From Stegostoma tigrinum (taxonomy: Eukaryota), in the NCBI RefSeq assembly GCF_030684315.1, contig NC_081388.1, positions 8,664,093 to 8,728,092 of the forward strand: a stretch of DNA of 64,000 nt, read 5' to 3'. The notes under the pieces were generated by a model. That model had not been told where the DNA came from and searched no databases. It worked only from the letters and a program-made list of their open reading frames with translations. Made by a program: the position numbers and the translations under genes. Positions 51,001-64,000 of this stretch are shown piece by piece (position 1 is the stretch's first letter; every line of letters starts with the position of its first letter).

Positions 51001-54000
51001 TGTGGTCAGGGCACATCATTGCTACGAGCCTCTCGTCGTGACCAACCCGGCTGGTGGGCAAGTAAAGTGACCAATGAGTCTCAACCAGAAGAGGCCATTT
51101 TTTTCGAAAAAACAAGGTCTCATTTAGTGAGTGACAGTGATCACAAACCACCTAATTTACCAAGTTGCTCCCACAATGATGAGGAAATCTAGGTTAAGAT
51201 CTCTAACCTCTTTGGGTTCCAAGATCCTCAAGACATGATTGGATAAAACTCTTCCTAGAGTTAAACCGTTCAAAATTATTACTTCATACAGCATCTCCAT
51301 CAAACCTTACCCTATTTTGCATGGACCATTAAATTAACCGTGACCCCACATTCCCCCAAGTCTCCGATTTTACAACTTCATGGCATCCTGGAGGTTTTGT
51401 AATTCTCCCTGAATTCATTCTCTTCAGACTTGGCAGATTGGTGGGTCTTTGACTTGAGGGCTATTGGCCTCGATCCTATTTTAAAGCTCTACATCAGCAG
51501 ACTGCTGGAAATGCTGGTGTTTTGAGCTGAGGTTGAAACTCGTGCTACCCCAGGGGAGTTACTCTATCACCTTAGCTGGAGGACTCTTCATCTCCTGAAT
51601 TTCTTTTGCAGCTGAACTCTTTCCTGATAACTAAGGTAGTTGCCCAATAACATCATCTCAGGGGCGTTCATCTCGTGGAATTTTCATCACGGATTCCACT
51701 GGTGAAACCGATATGTTCTTTTACAATGTGTAGGATTCTCGGTTTTTGGACCAGGTAATCTCTTCACAATCATGTTCCGTGCCTTCATCTTTATTTATTT
51801 GCGGTTCCTATGGAAACATGTGCAGGTCACTTTCAATCAGTGTGAACTAATCTTCACACTTACCCACTCCCCCAACCCCGATACATCTGTACTGAAGTAA
51901 GTTCGCTCTCTATGTTTACTAGTAGCTTGTTCTGAACATCGTAATTTGCCCTCAATGTTTGTCCTATTGATGAACACAATATGTTCATATCCTTGGCCAC
52001 TATTGAAGAATTGTTCAGAGGAAGGGTCTCTGTACACAAAACAGTAACTATGATTTCTCTCCACAGATGCTGCCAGCTCTGGTGAGCTTTTCCAGAAATT
52101 TCTGTTTTTGTTTCTGATTCACTGCATCTGTGGCTCTGTCAGTTTTTAACTGAAAAATTGCTATTGACTTTGCTCTTTCACAGACTCACAGAGTCATGGA
52201 GTTATACAGCATGGAAGCAGGAGTAGGGAACCCTGGATGAAAAAGGCTGTTACCAGAACAAAGAAGGTGGGATTGATCAGGTACAGGCAACTGGGATCAA
52301 GGGAAGCCATGGAGGTAGAGAGGGGTTACAGGATTTAACTGAAGAAGGAAATCAGGATGTCTCAAGAGGGGCATGAGTCAGCTTTGACTGAAAATGTCAG
52401 GGCGAATCCAAATAGATTCTTTCCGTATGTGAAAGCCATAAAAATAACTGGAGAGAGAAATGGAACTCTGAATGGCCAGAGTGGACATGCATGTGTGGAA
52501 CTGCAGGAGATGAATGAGGTTCTCAATGAATAGTTTGCCTCTTTGTGAACTGTGAATAATGACATGAAGACATGGCAACTTTGGGAAGTTAGTGGTGATA
52601 TCTTGGTGACAGTCCATGTCACAGTGGAGGAGGTGTTGGAAGTATTGGAAGTGCTGAGAAGAGAAACATGGGAATAATACACTTGTAAGCGTATTATTGA
52701 GAAGATTCTTGAGAAGATTCTGAGGGATAAGATATGCATGAATATCAAAAGACAGGTTTTGATTAGGAGTAGTCAGCATGTCTTCGTGCATTAGAGATGA
52801 TGCCTCACAAATTTGTCAGAGTTCTTTGATGAAGTGTTCAGGAAGTTTGATGGGAGGGCAGGAGTCATTTTCCATATGGATTTCAGTAAGGCCTTTGATA
52901 AGTTTCCATGATGCATTTTGGAAAGTGAGATCAAGGTGGGAATTTCAGGATGAACAGTAGGGCTGTAAGGAATGTAGTGGAACAGAGGGATATTGGAGTT
53001 CAGATGCACAATTCTCTGAATGCAGAGTGACGGGTAGACAGGGCAGTGAAGATGGCGTTTGGCACGCTGGGATTCGCCAATGAGGGCAATGAGCATCTAA
53101 GGTGGGAAGTTGTGTTGCAGATATGCAGGACCTATTTGGAGTGTCAGCATGGCAAAGTGTGGATGAACACAGCAGGCCAGGCAGCTTCAGAGGAGCTGGA
53201 AAGTTGACGTTTCAGGTTGGGACCCTTCTTCAGAAATGTCAGAGGGGAAAGGGAGGTCAGAAGTTAATACAGAGGAGGGGTGGTGCTGGGGAAGATAGGT
53301 GGGATGGTGGTAGGTGAGTGCAGGGAGGGCTGATAGGGATTAGTCAGAGCGGTGGGAGGCGCAGATAAATGGGAGAGAACTTAGGACAGGATGTATCAGG
53401 CCAAGGAGGCCTGAGATGAGATGAGGACCGGGAGGGAAGCTTTGAAAACTGGTAAAATCCACCTTTAGGCCATTGGGCGTCAGCTCCTGAGGCAGGACAT
53501 GAGGTGCTTCTCCTCCAGTTTGTGGGAAGTTGTTTGTTGCAAGTCAAGTGCAGATGTTTTGCAAAACAGGCTCTGTATCTCTGCTTGGAGTATTGTGTTC
53601 AGTTTTGTTCACCTTGTTACAGGAGCAATCCGATTAAATTGGAAAAGGTGAAACTGTTACCCTGAGATAGAGGTAGAGGTTGGACAAGCTCAGGCTAATT
53701 TCTTTACAGCATAGGAGACTGAGAGGGGATATCCTCGAAGTGTATAAGCTCATGAGAGTCTTGAAAAGACATGGCAACCTGGTCACCCTGAGGATGGTGC
53801 GCACACGTAGTAAGGGGCCAACAGAAGTGCTTGAGGGGCTACATTAACAACATTTAATAGGCATTGGGACAAATACATGGATGGGAAAGGTTTAGAAGGA
53901 TAGGGGCAAGGTGCGAGGAAATGAAATTAGCACAATGGACATTTTGATCAGCATGCACCGTTCTGGGCCAAAGAACATCTCTCTGTGCCTGAACACTCTC

Positions 54001-54284
54001 TGACTCTATTGCACTCAGGGCGCCATCATCAGAAGAACTTGTGGAGCTGAATGCAGTCAGGTGACAGCATGGCAACTCTCAGCCATTCCCATTGGTCCAA
54101 ATGAAATGGGCCCTTCTGGTAAGAAGCCAATGGATTTAGACTTTGGTGGAATTTGCAGAGATTGGGGCTGGATCATTGGTTCATTGTTGCTGCTTCTGGT
54201 CTGATTGGTGTCAGGTGAGTGCAGGTTGTGTGTATAAAAGGAGCTGGGTGGGGGCTGGAGGGGATGTTTGAGGTGTTTGTGATC

Positions 54285-57103
54285 ATGGGGGATTTTGTCG
54301 TGATGGGTTTATTCCCTGTGTTGTTATTTGGAGCTGTTTGTTGCTCTGAAACCTGGCAGCCGTTTCTGAGCCAGAGGTATCCATGGAGAAGAGTGAGAGC
54401 CACCCCTGTACCTGAGAGAGTCCCTCCTCACGGGGGTCCCATTGGTTCCAGTTTCAGAATGTCTGAGGGTGGGAGTGTGTCTCCACTGCAGACTGTGATG
54501 GTGCAGTGTGGAGAGCAGAAGCTACAGGTCAGGGCCCAGTTGGATTTATTTGGAACCAGGCACCTAATTAATGCTGCTGACCTGACCCTGGGGACAGCAG
54601 GCTGTCAGCCAACCAGTTTCTACCCTGAGAACCACACTGTCCTCTTTGACTATGGCCTGCATGAGTGTGGCAGCAGATTGCAGGTAATGGGAGTCCTTCA
54701 TAGTTGCTGGAAGCTTGGTCTAAAGTGATCCTTACTGTACTGCTGACTCCAATTCTGTGGTTATTGGGGTCTACTTTCTCTTGTTCTCAAACTGAGATTG
54801 TCTCTTCTGGATTAGTCTGTGGCTGAAGGGGTTCTAAGTCCCAAGCCCCTCTGTTGTCCCCATGGCCTGTAGACTATTTCTGGTTCTCCCTGAACTTGAC
54901 CAGCTCTGTTTTGAGGCTTGTTTCTCCTTAGTCAGCTCCTCTGATCCCTGTCCTGTGGGGGTGTCACTCCTCCTAAACAAGAGTTTTCAGAGTTGCCTTG
55001 CTCTTGAAAGACTCCAAATTCCCACTTTCCTTGCCTTTGGAATAACTGGGCTTGAGATAAGTGTTCTATTTCTCTATTAGATTATTTCCTGTTCTGTTTT
55101 CTGAAACTAATTTTATTGAGGTCACTTTGGTTTGGTCTTGTATTCCTGATATACTCAAATATTGGAGGATTGATGACTGAGGCAACCAAAATGTGCCTGC
55201 AGTGCCTGAGAATCAGGATTATGTTCCTGTTCCTTCAGTGATTCTACTGTCTCTTTCTACAAAACCCATCCATCTGTTTCAACAAAAGTGTATTTCCAGT
55301 GTAAGTGTTCTGTCTGATCTATTGATGCACTAGCTTGTCAAATTGGTCCAAAATGATTAACCCCTGAGCATGATGTATTGCCAATAAACTGGTCTCACTC
55401 TTTCTGTGAGCCAACAGGAGGCTGGCACTGAGCCTGCCAAGCTCCCTGAGGAAGTGTGGAAAAAGGATGTTATGTTGCATAGAACCTTCATTTCAAATTG
55501 GTTCCCCATTCCTTCATCTGCTGTCTTTCAGATGACTGGAGATTTCCTGATCTATGCCACCCACCTGACCCACATCCCAAACTATCCTGGGTCTGTCATT
55601 GTGAGAACCAATGGAGCTGTCATTCCCATTGTGTGTCGTTATTTGAGGTGAGAATCTTTATTTGATTATAAACATTATTTATAGCTGTCACCTGACACTA
55701 GCCTAAAATGGCTGCACTGTCTCTCCCCAGGACGGGCAATGTGAGCAGTGACCCCATCAAGCCCACCTGGATCCCATTCAGCTCCACCAGGTCTGGAGAA
55801 GGGCATCTGTCATTCTCCCTGCGTCTAATGAATGGTATGTGAGGGCTGGCTGGAGAGGGATCTCCTGGTGTCACTCACTGGGAGCTGCATCTACTATCTG
55901 TAACCCTTGTCCTCTTGTACTTCAGGTGACTGGCTTAAAGAGCGCACTTCCACTGTCTACTCCCTGGGAGACCTCATTCACATTGAGGCATCTGTTTCAA
56001 TGGACAACCACATGCCCCTGAAGCTGTACATTGACCGCTGTGTAGCTACACTGAGCCCAGACAAGGACTCCAGCCCCAGATACAGCATCATTGACTACAA
56101 TGGGTAAGGAGATCTCTGCTTTCTCCAGCTGCTCCCATCTTAATGGCTTCACTCCATTCACTTCATGGTCCTTTGTTCACCTGCAGTTGCCTCATGGACA
56201 GCAAAGCTGAGGACTCCTTTTCAACCTTTGTGTTGCTGAGAGACCAGCGGGAGCCGGACAAGCTCAGGTTTGACCTGGATGCCTTCCGCTTCTATGGAGA
56301 TGAACTCTCCTTGGTAAGAGGAAACTGCTGACTTAGCTTCTCCCCACTGGGTGGGAGTGACTAAACACTGACTGACTTGTGCTGAATGTGTCCCTCAGAT
56401 TTTCATCACTTGTCACCTGAAAGTTGCTGCAGTAGATCAGGCAAATTCCAGGAACAAAGCTTGTACTTTCCAGAAGCTGCACCAGATGTGAGCATGTTTT
56501 TTTCTTCCTCCCCTTCCCCCACCTCAGTCCCTTCGTGATGTTGTTGGGAGAGGTGATGCTCCATGTGGTTGATGGGCTGTTTCTGTTGTTTAGCTGGACC
56601 CCACTGGAGGAATCGACCAGTGACATTTGTGCCTGTTGTCATGTGGGGAACTGTGGTAGCACAGGGGAGATCATCTTCTCCTCCAGAGGAAGGAGAGACC
56701 TTGGACCTGAAGCTGGTAGGTCACTGACCCCTGAGATGATGGGGCTATACAACCTTTCCCTGAACCTGACTACTGTTCTCTCCTGCAGAGAGTGAAGGTG
56801 GATTGAAGTGGGAGGGTGAGGCCTCGCTTGGCCCCCTGCTCATTGTGGATCCTGAGCTGACCAGCCTGGCGACTGAGCCCCTGACTGAGGTTGAGCAAAG
56901 GATGCAGGAGATGTCTCCAGGCGGTGAGTTGTCTGACTGCTAGTTTGCCTCTTTGTCCCAGTTTCCCTCAGTAACCATTGGTTTCTCCTTGCTGTGTAGG
57001 TGTGCAGTCTGAGCTGGTTGTGATGCTGTCCCTGACCGTGACAGCTGTCTCCCTGATCTCTGCTTTGTTGATGGCTTTGTTCCTGTCCAGGAAGCACGAG
57101 TGA
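54285..57103 (+). CDS. zp3: ZP3-like copy 7 (type C), apparently intact, ~457 aa
   Basis: Near-identical to copy 4 (offset 27670). Ends ...SRKHE* at 57101-57103. Confidence 0.85.
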
Positions 57104-60100
57104 ACTCTACTCAACGATTGATGGAATAGTCCAATAAAGCAGTGACTCCTTGTCTCTTGTTTCTTGTGTCTAGTTTGTCTCTGCATCATCATGAGTCGAT
57201 ACCCCTGGGGGTTATGCTATGAACCCCCAGAAAACCTTCTGAATCTATTTGTATTGAATGTACTGTTTAGGCTTCACTGCTTGCAGTGACCACAGGGTCT
57301 TGTTGGCAACACAAAATGGGACTTCCACGCCTGAGATCACTGTTCAGACCATTTCCCTCTATAATAGGAACACTGGTGTGAACTGTCCTGGGTTTGCTCC
57401 CATTACATCTGGTCCTTTGTGAATAAGGATGCCTGGGTGTTCAGAGTAAGAAACATGGATCAGACTGACCCTCCATGCTGTATCTGTGCCTCTTTACCTG
57501 GCTGCTGGGTATGGGTGGCATGGAGGCTTAGTGGTTTACATGGCAGCAATGCCACACTAGGAACCAGAGTTCAAATTGCTGTGGGGTGGTAGTACACTCA
57601 CCCTGTGACTGGGTTTAGTGCTCAGGTGTTTTCCTCCAGCCCAAAGGTGCGCCAGTCCTGGTGAATTTTCCGTGGGGAAAGTGCACCAGAGTACAGGGAT
57701 GTATAGGCACTCTGGGTCAGAGACGGGGGGGACGTAGGGTTAAAGCGTGTTGGGCTGTTCTTTGGAATGTTTGGGGTAGCAGTGTGGACTAAAGGGGACA
57801 ATTGGGCTGCTTACATACTGGTGAGAATTCTAAGGGGTAAATCAAACTGGTGCATGACACACATTGCTCTGGCTCTATCTTGTTAATATTCAAAAAAAAT
57901 CTCAGTTCAATATCCGCCTTCTCTTCTAAATGCTTGTTTTTTTCTCTCTGCTGGGCTTTCTCCTGGGAGTTTTGGTCTGATATCAGCTAGTCCTGACTCA
58001 AGCATCTACTCTGCAAATCGCATCTGAATGTGAGTGCAGGATGGGGGCCCTGTTTTGGAAAGTAGAGGCCTGAAGATGCCTTCAGGCCCTCGTTAACAAC
58101 TGGGGCCTGAAGGTGAACAATAATCAAGTGTCATCCCTTCTGCTCCAAAAACTACACCCAGTTGCTGATGACCTAATTATAAAGATGGCCACAACACACA
58201 TCTGAGAGTTACTGCCCAAGCACCTTTGTAAGCTTTAGCTGTTTAAAAACTCCATTACTGTGGTGGTGTGTTTCTCTATAATGTGTTCTCCTCCTGTAAT
58301 ACCTTCACACAAATGTTCTAAGATGTTTAGTGCCCTGGAGCGTTTCAGTAATCCTGTTTTGATTTACATCAAGCTGGGCACCAACCATTGTCAAACAATT
58401 TTTAAAATAATTTCCTCATGGATGAGGTTGGCACAGGCTAGGTGCGTGTTTATTGTCCAGAGGGCAGCTGTAGTCCAGGCAAGGATGGCAGTTTCATTCT
58501 GTAAAGGATGTTGGTGAACGAGATGGGTTTTCTTCCCAACAATTGGTAACAGACTCTGTCATTATTGGACAGGTTAATGACTGATATTTTCAATGAATTT
58601 GCATTCCAGCATCTGCTGTGGTGGGATTTGACACCAGCTCCTCAGAAAATCACCTGTTGTGTCTCTGGTTTAACTATAATACCACAAGGCCATCGTAATT
58701 ACCCACGGCATTAAATCACAGGCAGAGAAAGAACAATATTGTTGAGCTTGGAGCTTGTCCTCTGACAGTGTTATTCAATCATTTCAGTCTGGAGGAAAAC
58801 GAAAGGGTGTTCTGTGCTTCTGAGCACTTCGTTTTGGGTGTGTGGAAGTATTACTGTGTTCATCCTTTCTCTGAGAAGCCACTGGGGCTAACTTTCTATG
58901 ATCTCGCACCATGCTTCAGTCCCTCTTTGTGGGCAAGCACTGTTGGAGCTACGTTATGTTGGGTAAAAAGTTAAATTCATCACCATCCCGCTCACATATT
59001 TGCTTGTAAATTAAATATACTCCAGGCACTGTGTTCAAAGAAGCACAGGTTAATGTTGGCTGGCATTCTGATCACTCATTATCCCTCAGTGAGCACCTCT
59101 GTGGGATATTGCTGTGCCCAGCTTTCCTGCTGCTTCTCCCTACATTACCACAGATGCCACACTTCAAATTTCACCCCATTCAGGTTGGAGATGTGCTCAC
59201 TGAGCGAACAGGTTTGGATGCAAACGGTTCATCACCCTGCTCGGTAACGTCGTCAGTGAACCTCTGGGGAAGCGATGGTGTTCTGTCCTACTAGTTAATT
59301 CTGTGTCTCGGCTTGCTGGAATGGTTGGGATTCCTTCCGGTTCTGTTTCTCAGTGGTTTGTATATTGGGACAGTTCAATCACTGAGGAACAGAACTGGAA
59401 GCTATACCAGCCATTCAAGCAAACAGACACATATAAATAACAAGTGGGACAGAACACCATCGCTCACCAAGAGGCACACTGATGATGTTATCTACCAGGG
59501 CGATGAAATGTTTGCACCCAAAGCCAACGGCTCGGCCAGCATGTCTACAACCTCATTCACAACCCCAACTACCAATCTCCTCAAACTTTTCACCCCAGTG
59601 TCTGCGAATCGCTTTCAGCACGTTCTTAACTTGAAAAGAGACACGATCAGAATGCATTTACTTTAAGGTGGTTTGGACAGTAACCAGCCCTTCACCACCC
59701 CTTAAAGGCTCACAGTAAGCTTGGCTCTTTGTTACATTGTTGGCTTGACATTGTCCGGGCAGCTGTTGTTCTGGGTAGACGAGGAAGCTTCAGGAAGAAT
59801 GTAGACAGAAAGCAATGTCTTTTCATGGAATCAGATGGCACCAGTAACCAGCCACTGAGGACTTGGGATTGAGAGCAGGGTTGGCACTCAGTGCGTCAGC
59901 TCATCTCATCTATTGGCACGGACCCTGGCATTGCCTTATGCATGTGGATATCTCACCTGATTCCTTTTGCCTTGCTGCTTCCAATGACTCTTTCAAAGTT
60001 TGACGCTTTCAAATCTGTTTTTACTGCGATCCTGCGACTGCACCAATCTGAAAGTAAACAGGGCCGAATGGTACATGTTGTATACATTGCCCTGCCTACC

Positions 60101-63100
60101 ACCCTCAGATTGTGGTCAGGGCACTTCATTGCTACGAGCCTCTCGTCGTGACCAACCCGGCTGGTGGGCAAGTAAAGTGACCAATGAGTCTCAACCAGAA
60201 GAGGCCATTTTTTTCGAAAAAACAAGGTCTCATTTAGTGAGTGACAGTGATCACAAACCACCTAATTTACCAAGTTGCTCCCACAATGATGAGGAAATCT
60301 AGGTTAAGATCTCTAACCTCTTTGGGTTCCAAGATCCTCAAGACATGATTGGATAAAACTCTTCCTAGAGTTAAACCGTTCAAAATTATTACTTCATACA
60401 GCATCTCCATCAAACCTTACCCTATTTTGAATGGACCATTAAATTAACCGTGACCCCACATTCCCCCAAGTCTCCGATTTTACAACTTCATGGCATCCTG
60501 GAGGTTTTGTAATTCTCCCTGAATTCATTCTCTTCAGACTTGGCAGATTGGTGGGTCTTTGACTTGAGGGCTCTTGGCCTTGATCCTATTCTAAAGCTCT
60601 ACATCAGCAGACTGCTGGAAATGCTGGTGTTTTGAGCTGAGGTTGAAACTCGTGCTACCCCAGGGGCGTTACTCTATCACCTTAGCTGGAGAACTCTTCA
60701 TCTCCTGAATTTCTTTTGCAGCTGAACTCTTTCCTGATAACTAAGGTAGTTGCCCCATAACATCATCTCAGGAGCGTTCATCTCGTGGAATTTTCATCAT
60801 GGACTCCTCTGGTGAAGCCGCTATTTTCTTTTACAATGTGTAGGATTCTGGGTTTTTGGACCAGGTAATCTCTTCACAATCATGTTCTGTGTCTTCATCT
60901 TTATTTAGTTGCGGTTCCTATGGAAACATGTGCAGGTCACTTTCAATCAGTGTGAACTAATCTTCACACTTACCCACTCCCCCAACCCCGATACATCTGT
61001 ACTGAAGTAAGTTCGCTCTCTATGTTTACTAGTAGCTTGTTCTGAACATCGTAATTTGCCCTCAATGTTTGTCCTATTGATGAACACAATATGTTCATAT
61101 CCTTGGCCACTATTGAAGAATTGTTCAGAGGAAGGGTCTCTCTACCCGAAACAGTAACTATGATTTCACTCCACAGATGCTGCCAGCTCTGGTGAACTTT
61201 TCCAGAAATTTCCGTTTTTGTTTCTGATTCACTGCATTTGTGGCTCTGTCAGTTTTTAACTGAAAAATTGCTATTGACTTTGCTCTTTCACAGACTCACA
61301 GAGTCATGGAGTTATACAGCATGGAAGCAGGAGTAGGGAACCCTGGATGAAAAAGGCTGTTACCAGAACAAAGAAGGTGGGATTGATCAGGTACAGGCAA
61401 CTGGGATCAAGGGAAGCCATGGAGGGAGAGAGGGGTTACAGGATTTAACTGAAGAAGGAAATCAGGATGTCTCAAGAGGGGCATGAGTCAGCTTTGACTG
61501 AAAATGTCAGGGCGAATCCAAATAGATTCTTTCCGTATGTTAAAGCCATAAAAATAACTGGAGAGAGAAATGGAACTCTGAATGGCCAGAGTGGACATGC
61601 ATGTGTGCAACTGCAGGAGATGAATGAGGTTCTCAATGAATAGTTTGCCTCTTTGTGAACTGTGAATAATGACATGAAGACATGGCAACTTTGGGAAGTT
61701 AGTGGTGATATCTTGGTGACAGTCCATGTCACAGTGGAGGAGGTGTTGGAAGTATTGGAAGTGCTGAGAAGAGAAATCTGGGAATAATACACTTGTAAGC
61801 GTAACATGTGTGATAGGCAAGTTACTTGAGAAGATTCTGAGGGATAAGATAACTTTGATAAGTTTCCATGATGCATTTTGAAAAGTGAGATCAAGGTGGG
61901 AATTTCAGGATGAACAGTAGGGCTGTAAGGAATGTAGTGGAACAGAGGGATATTGGAGTTCAGATGCACAATTCTCTGAATGCAGAGTGACGGGTAGACA
62001 GGGCAGTGAAGATGGCGTTTGGCACGCTGGGATTCGCCAATATGGGCAATGAGCATCTAAGGTGGGAAGTTGTGTTGCAGATATGCAGGACCTATTTGGA
62101 GTGTCAGCATGGCAAAGTGTGGATGAACACAGCAGGCCAGGCAGCTTCAGAGGAGCTGGAAAGTTGACGTTTCAGGTTGGGACCCTTCTTCAGAAATGTC
62201 AGAGGGGAAAGGGAGGTCAGAAGTTAATACAGAGGAGGGGTGGTGCTGGGGAAGATAGGTGGGATGGTGGTAGGTGAGTGCAGGGAGGGCTGATAGGGAT
62301 TAGTCAGTGCGGTGGGAGGCGCAGATAAATGGGAGAGAACTTAGGACAGGATGTATCAGGCCAAGGAGGCCTGAGATGAGATGAGGACCGGGAGGGAAGC
62401 TTTGAAAACTGGTAAAATCCACCTTTAGGCCATTGGGCGTCAGCTCCTGAGGCAGGACATGAGGTGCTTCTCCTCCAGTTTGTGGGAAGTTGTTTGTTGC
62501 AAGTCAAGTGCAGATGTTTTGCAAAACAGGCTCTGTATCTCTGCTTGGAGTATTGTGTTCAGTTTTGTTCACCTTGTTACAGGAGCAATCCGATTAAATT
62601 GGAAAAGGTGAAACTGTTACCCTGAGATAGAGGTAGAGGTTGGACAAGCTCAGGCTAATTTCTTTACAGCATAGGAGATTGAGAGGGGATATCCTCGAAG
62701 TGTATAAGCTCATGAGAGTCTTGAAAAGACATGGCAACCTGGTCACCCTGAGGGTGGTGTGCACACATAGTAAGGGGCCAACAGAAGTGCTTGACGGGCT
62801 ACATTAACAACATTTAATAGGCTTTGGGACAAATACATGGATGGGAAAGGTTTAGAAGGATAGGGGCAAGGTGCGAGGAAATGAAATTAGCACAATGGAC
62901 ATTTTGATCAGCATGCACCGTTCTGGGCCAAAGAACATCTCTCTGTGCCTGAACACTCTCTGACTCTATTGTACTCAGGAGGTCATCACCAGAAGAACTT
63001 GTGGAGCTGAATGCAGTCAGGTGACAGCATGGCAACTCCCAGCCATTCCTATTGGTCCAAATGAAATGGGCCCTTCTGGTAAGAAGCCAATGGATTTAGA

Positions 63101-63244
63101 CTTTGGTGGAATTTGCTGAGATTGGGGCTGGATCATTGGTTCATTGTTGCTGCTTCTGGTCTGATTGGTGTCAGGTGAGTGCAGGTTGTGTGTATAAAAG
63201 GAGCTGGGTGGGGGCTGGAAGTGGTGGTTGAGTTGTTTGGGATC

Positions 63245-63646
63245 ATGGGGGATTTTGTAGTGAAGGGTTTGTTCCCTGTGCTGGTGTGTGTTGGAGCTGT
63301 TTGTTGCTCTGAAACTTGGCAACAGTTTCTGAGCCAGAGGATTCCATGGAGAAGAGTGAGAGCCACCCCTGTACCTGAGAGAGTTTCTCCTCACGGGGGT
63401 CCCATTGGTTCCAGTTTCAGAATGTCTGAGGGTGCGAATGTGTCTCCACTGCAGACTGTGATGGTGCAGTGTGGAGAGCAGAAGCTGCAGGTCAGGGCCC
63501 AGTTGGATTTATTTGGAACCAGGCACCTAATTAATGCTGCTGACCTGACCCTGGGGACAGCAGGCTGTCAGCCAACCAGGGTCTACCCTGAGAACCACAC
63601 TGTCCTCTTTGACTATGGCCTGCATGAGTGTGGCAGCAGATTGCAG
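63245..63646 (+). CDS. zp3: ZP3-like copy 8 (type B), exon 1 only; the gene continues beyond the window
   Basis: TATAAAA at 63193 and ATG at 63245. Translates as [23 protein letters not shown]...HECGSRLQ with donor GTAATG, followed by a B-type intron 1. Confidence 0.85.
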
Positions 63647-64000
63647 GTAATGGGAGTCCTCCATAGTTGCTGGAAGCTTGAACTATGGTGTATCTTGCTG
63701 TGATGCTAGCTGTAGTGCTGTTGGTATAGGGTCTAATTTCTTTTGGTCTCAAACTGAGATTCTCTCTCTTAGATTAAGACAGGTTTGGGAACCACAGAAC
63801 CATTTAAACCTGTGTCCTCATGGCCTGTCAGTTATTTCTGGTTCTCCTGAACTTCATCAGCTCTCAATGTTTTGAGGCTCGTTTCTCTTTAGCCACTCCT
63901 CTAATCCCCATCCTGTGTGGATCATACTCTTTAACAAAAGGTTAAGAGGTGCCTTGCTCTTGAATGTCTCCAAATTCCCACTTTCATTGCCTTTGGAATA

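Larger units (their letters stand above)
1..64000 (+). repeat. Tandem gene array, unit ~9.0-9.5 kb, with a ~27.7 kb three-unit higher-order repeat
   Basis: ATGs at 8051, 17507, 26615, 35731, 45185, 54285 and 63245 give spacings of 9456, 9108, 9116, 9454, 9100 and 8960. Every-third-copy offsets are 27680, 27678, 27670 and 27514. Confidence 0.95.

Noticed and set aside
1-64000. CRISPR array, rRNA or tRNA genes
   Set aside because: No short repeat-spacer arrays or rRNA were seen. tRNA-like boxes occur only as degraded SINE heads.

Overview
Eukaryotic (vertebrate) DNA, very likely from a cartilaginous fish, judged from degraded HE1/V-SINE-like, DeuSINE-like, CR1-like and Penelope-like repeats. 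The whole window is a head-to-tail tandem array of ~9.0-9.5 kb units. Each unit carries one 9-exon ZP3/ZPC-type egg-coat gene on the + strand: signal peptide, ZP-N and ZP-C, the ZP3-specific Cys cluster, an RGRR furin site, EHP, a TM helix and AATAAA. A spacer built mostly from transposon relics follows each gene. Eight copies are visible, two of them cut by the window edges. They fall into three paralog types in the order A-B-A-C-B-A-C-B, forming a ~27.7 kb three-gene higher-order repeat. By manual reading, copies 2, 4, 6 and 7 look intact. Copies 1 and 5 are frameshifted and copy 3 has a nonsense codon. Each spacer also holds several Penelope-type terminal-repeat relics with minimal hammerhead-ribozyme-like cores, including a ~370 bp fold-back with one core on each strand. 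Most ORFs in the supplied track are exon fragments or spurious. All coordinates were counted by hand and TE boundaries are approximate.
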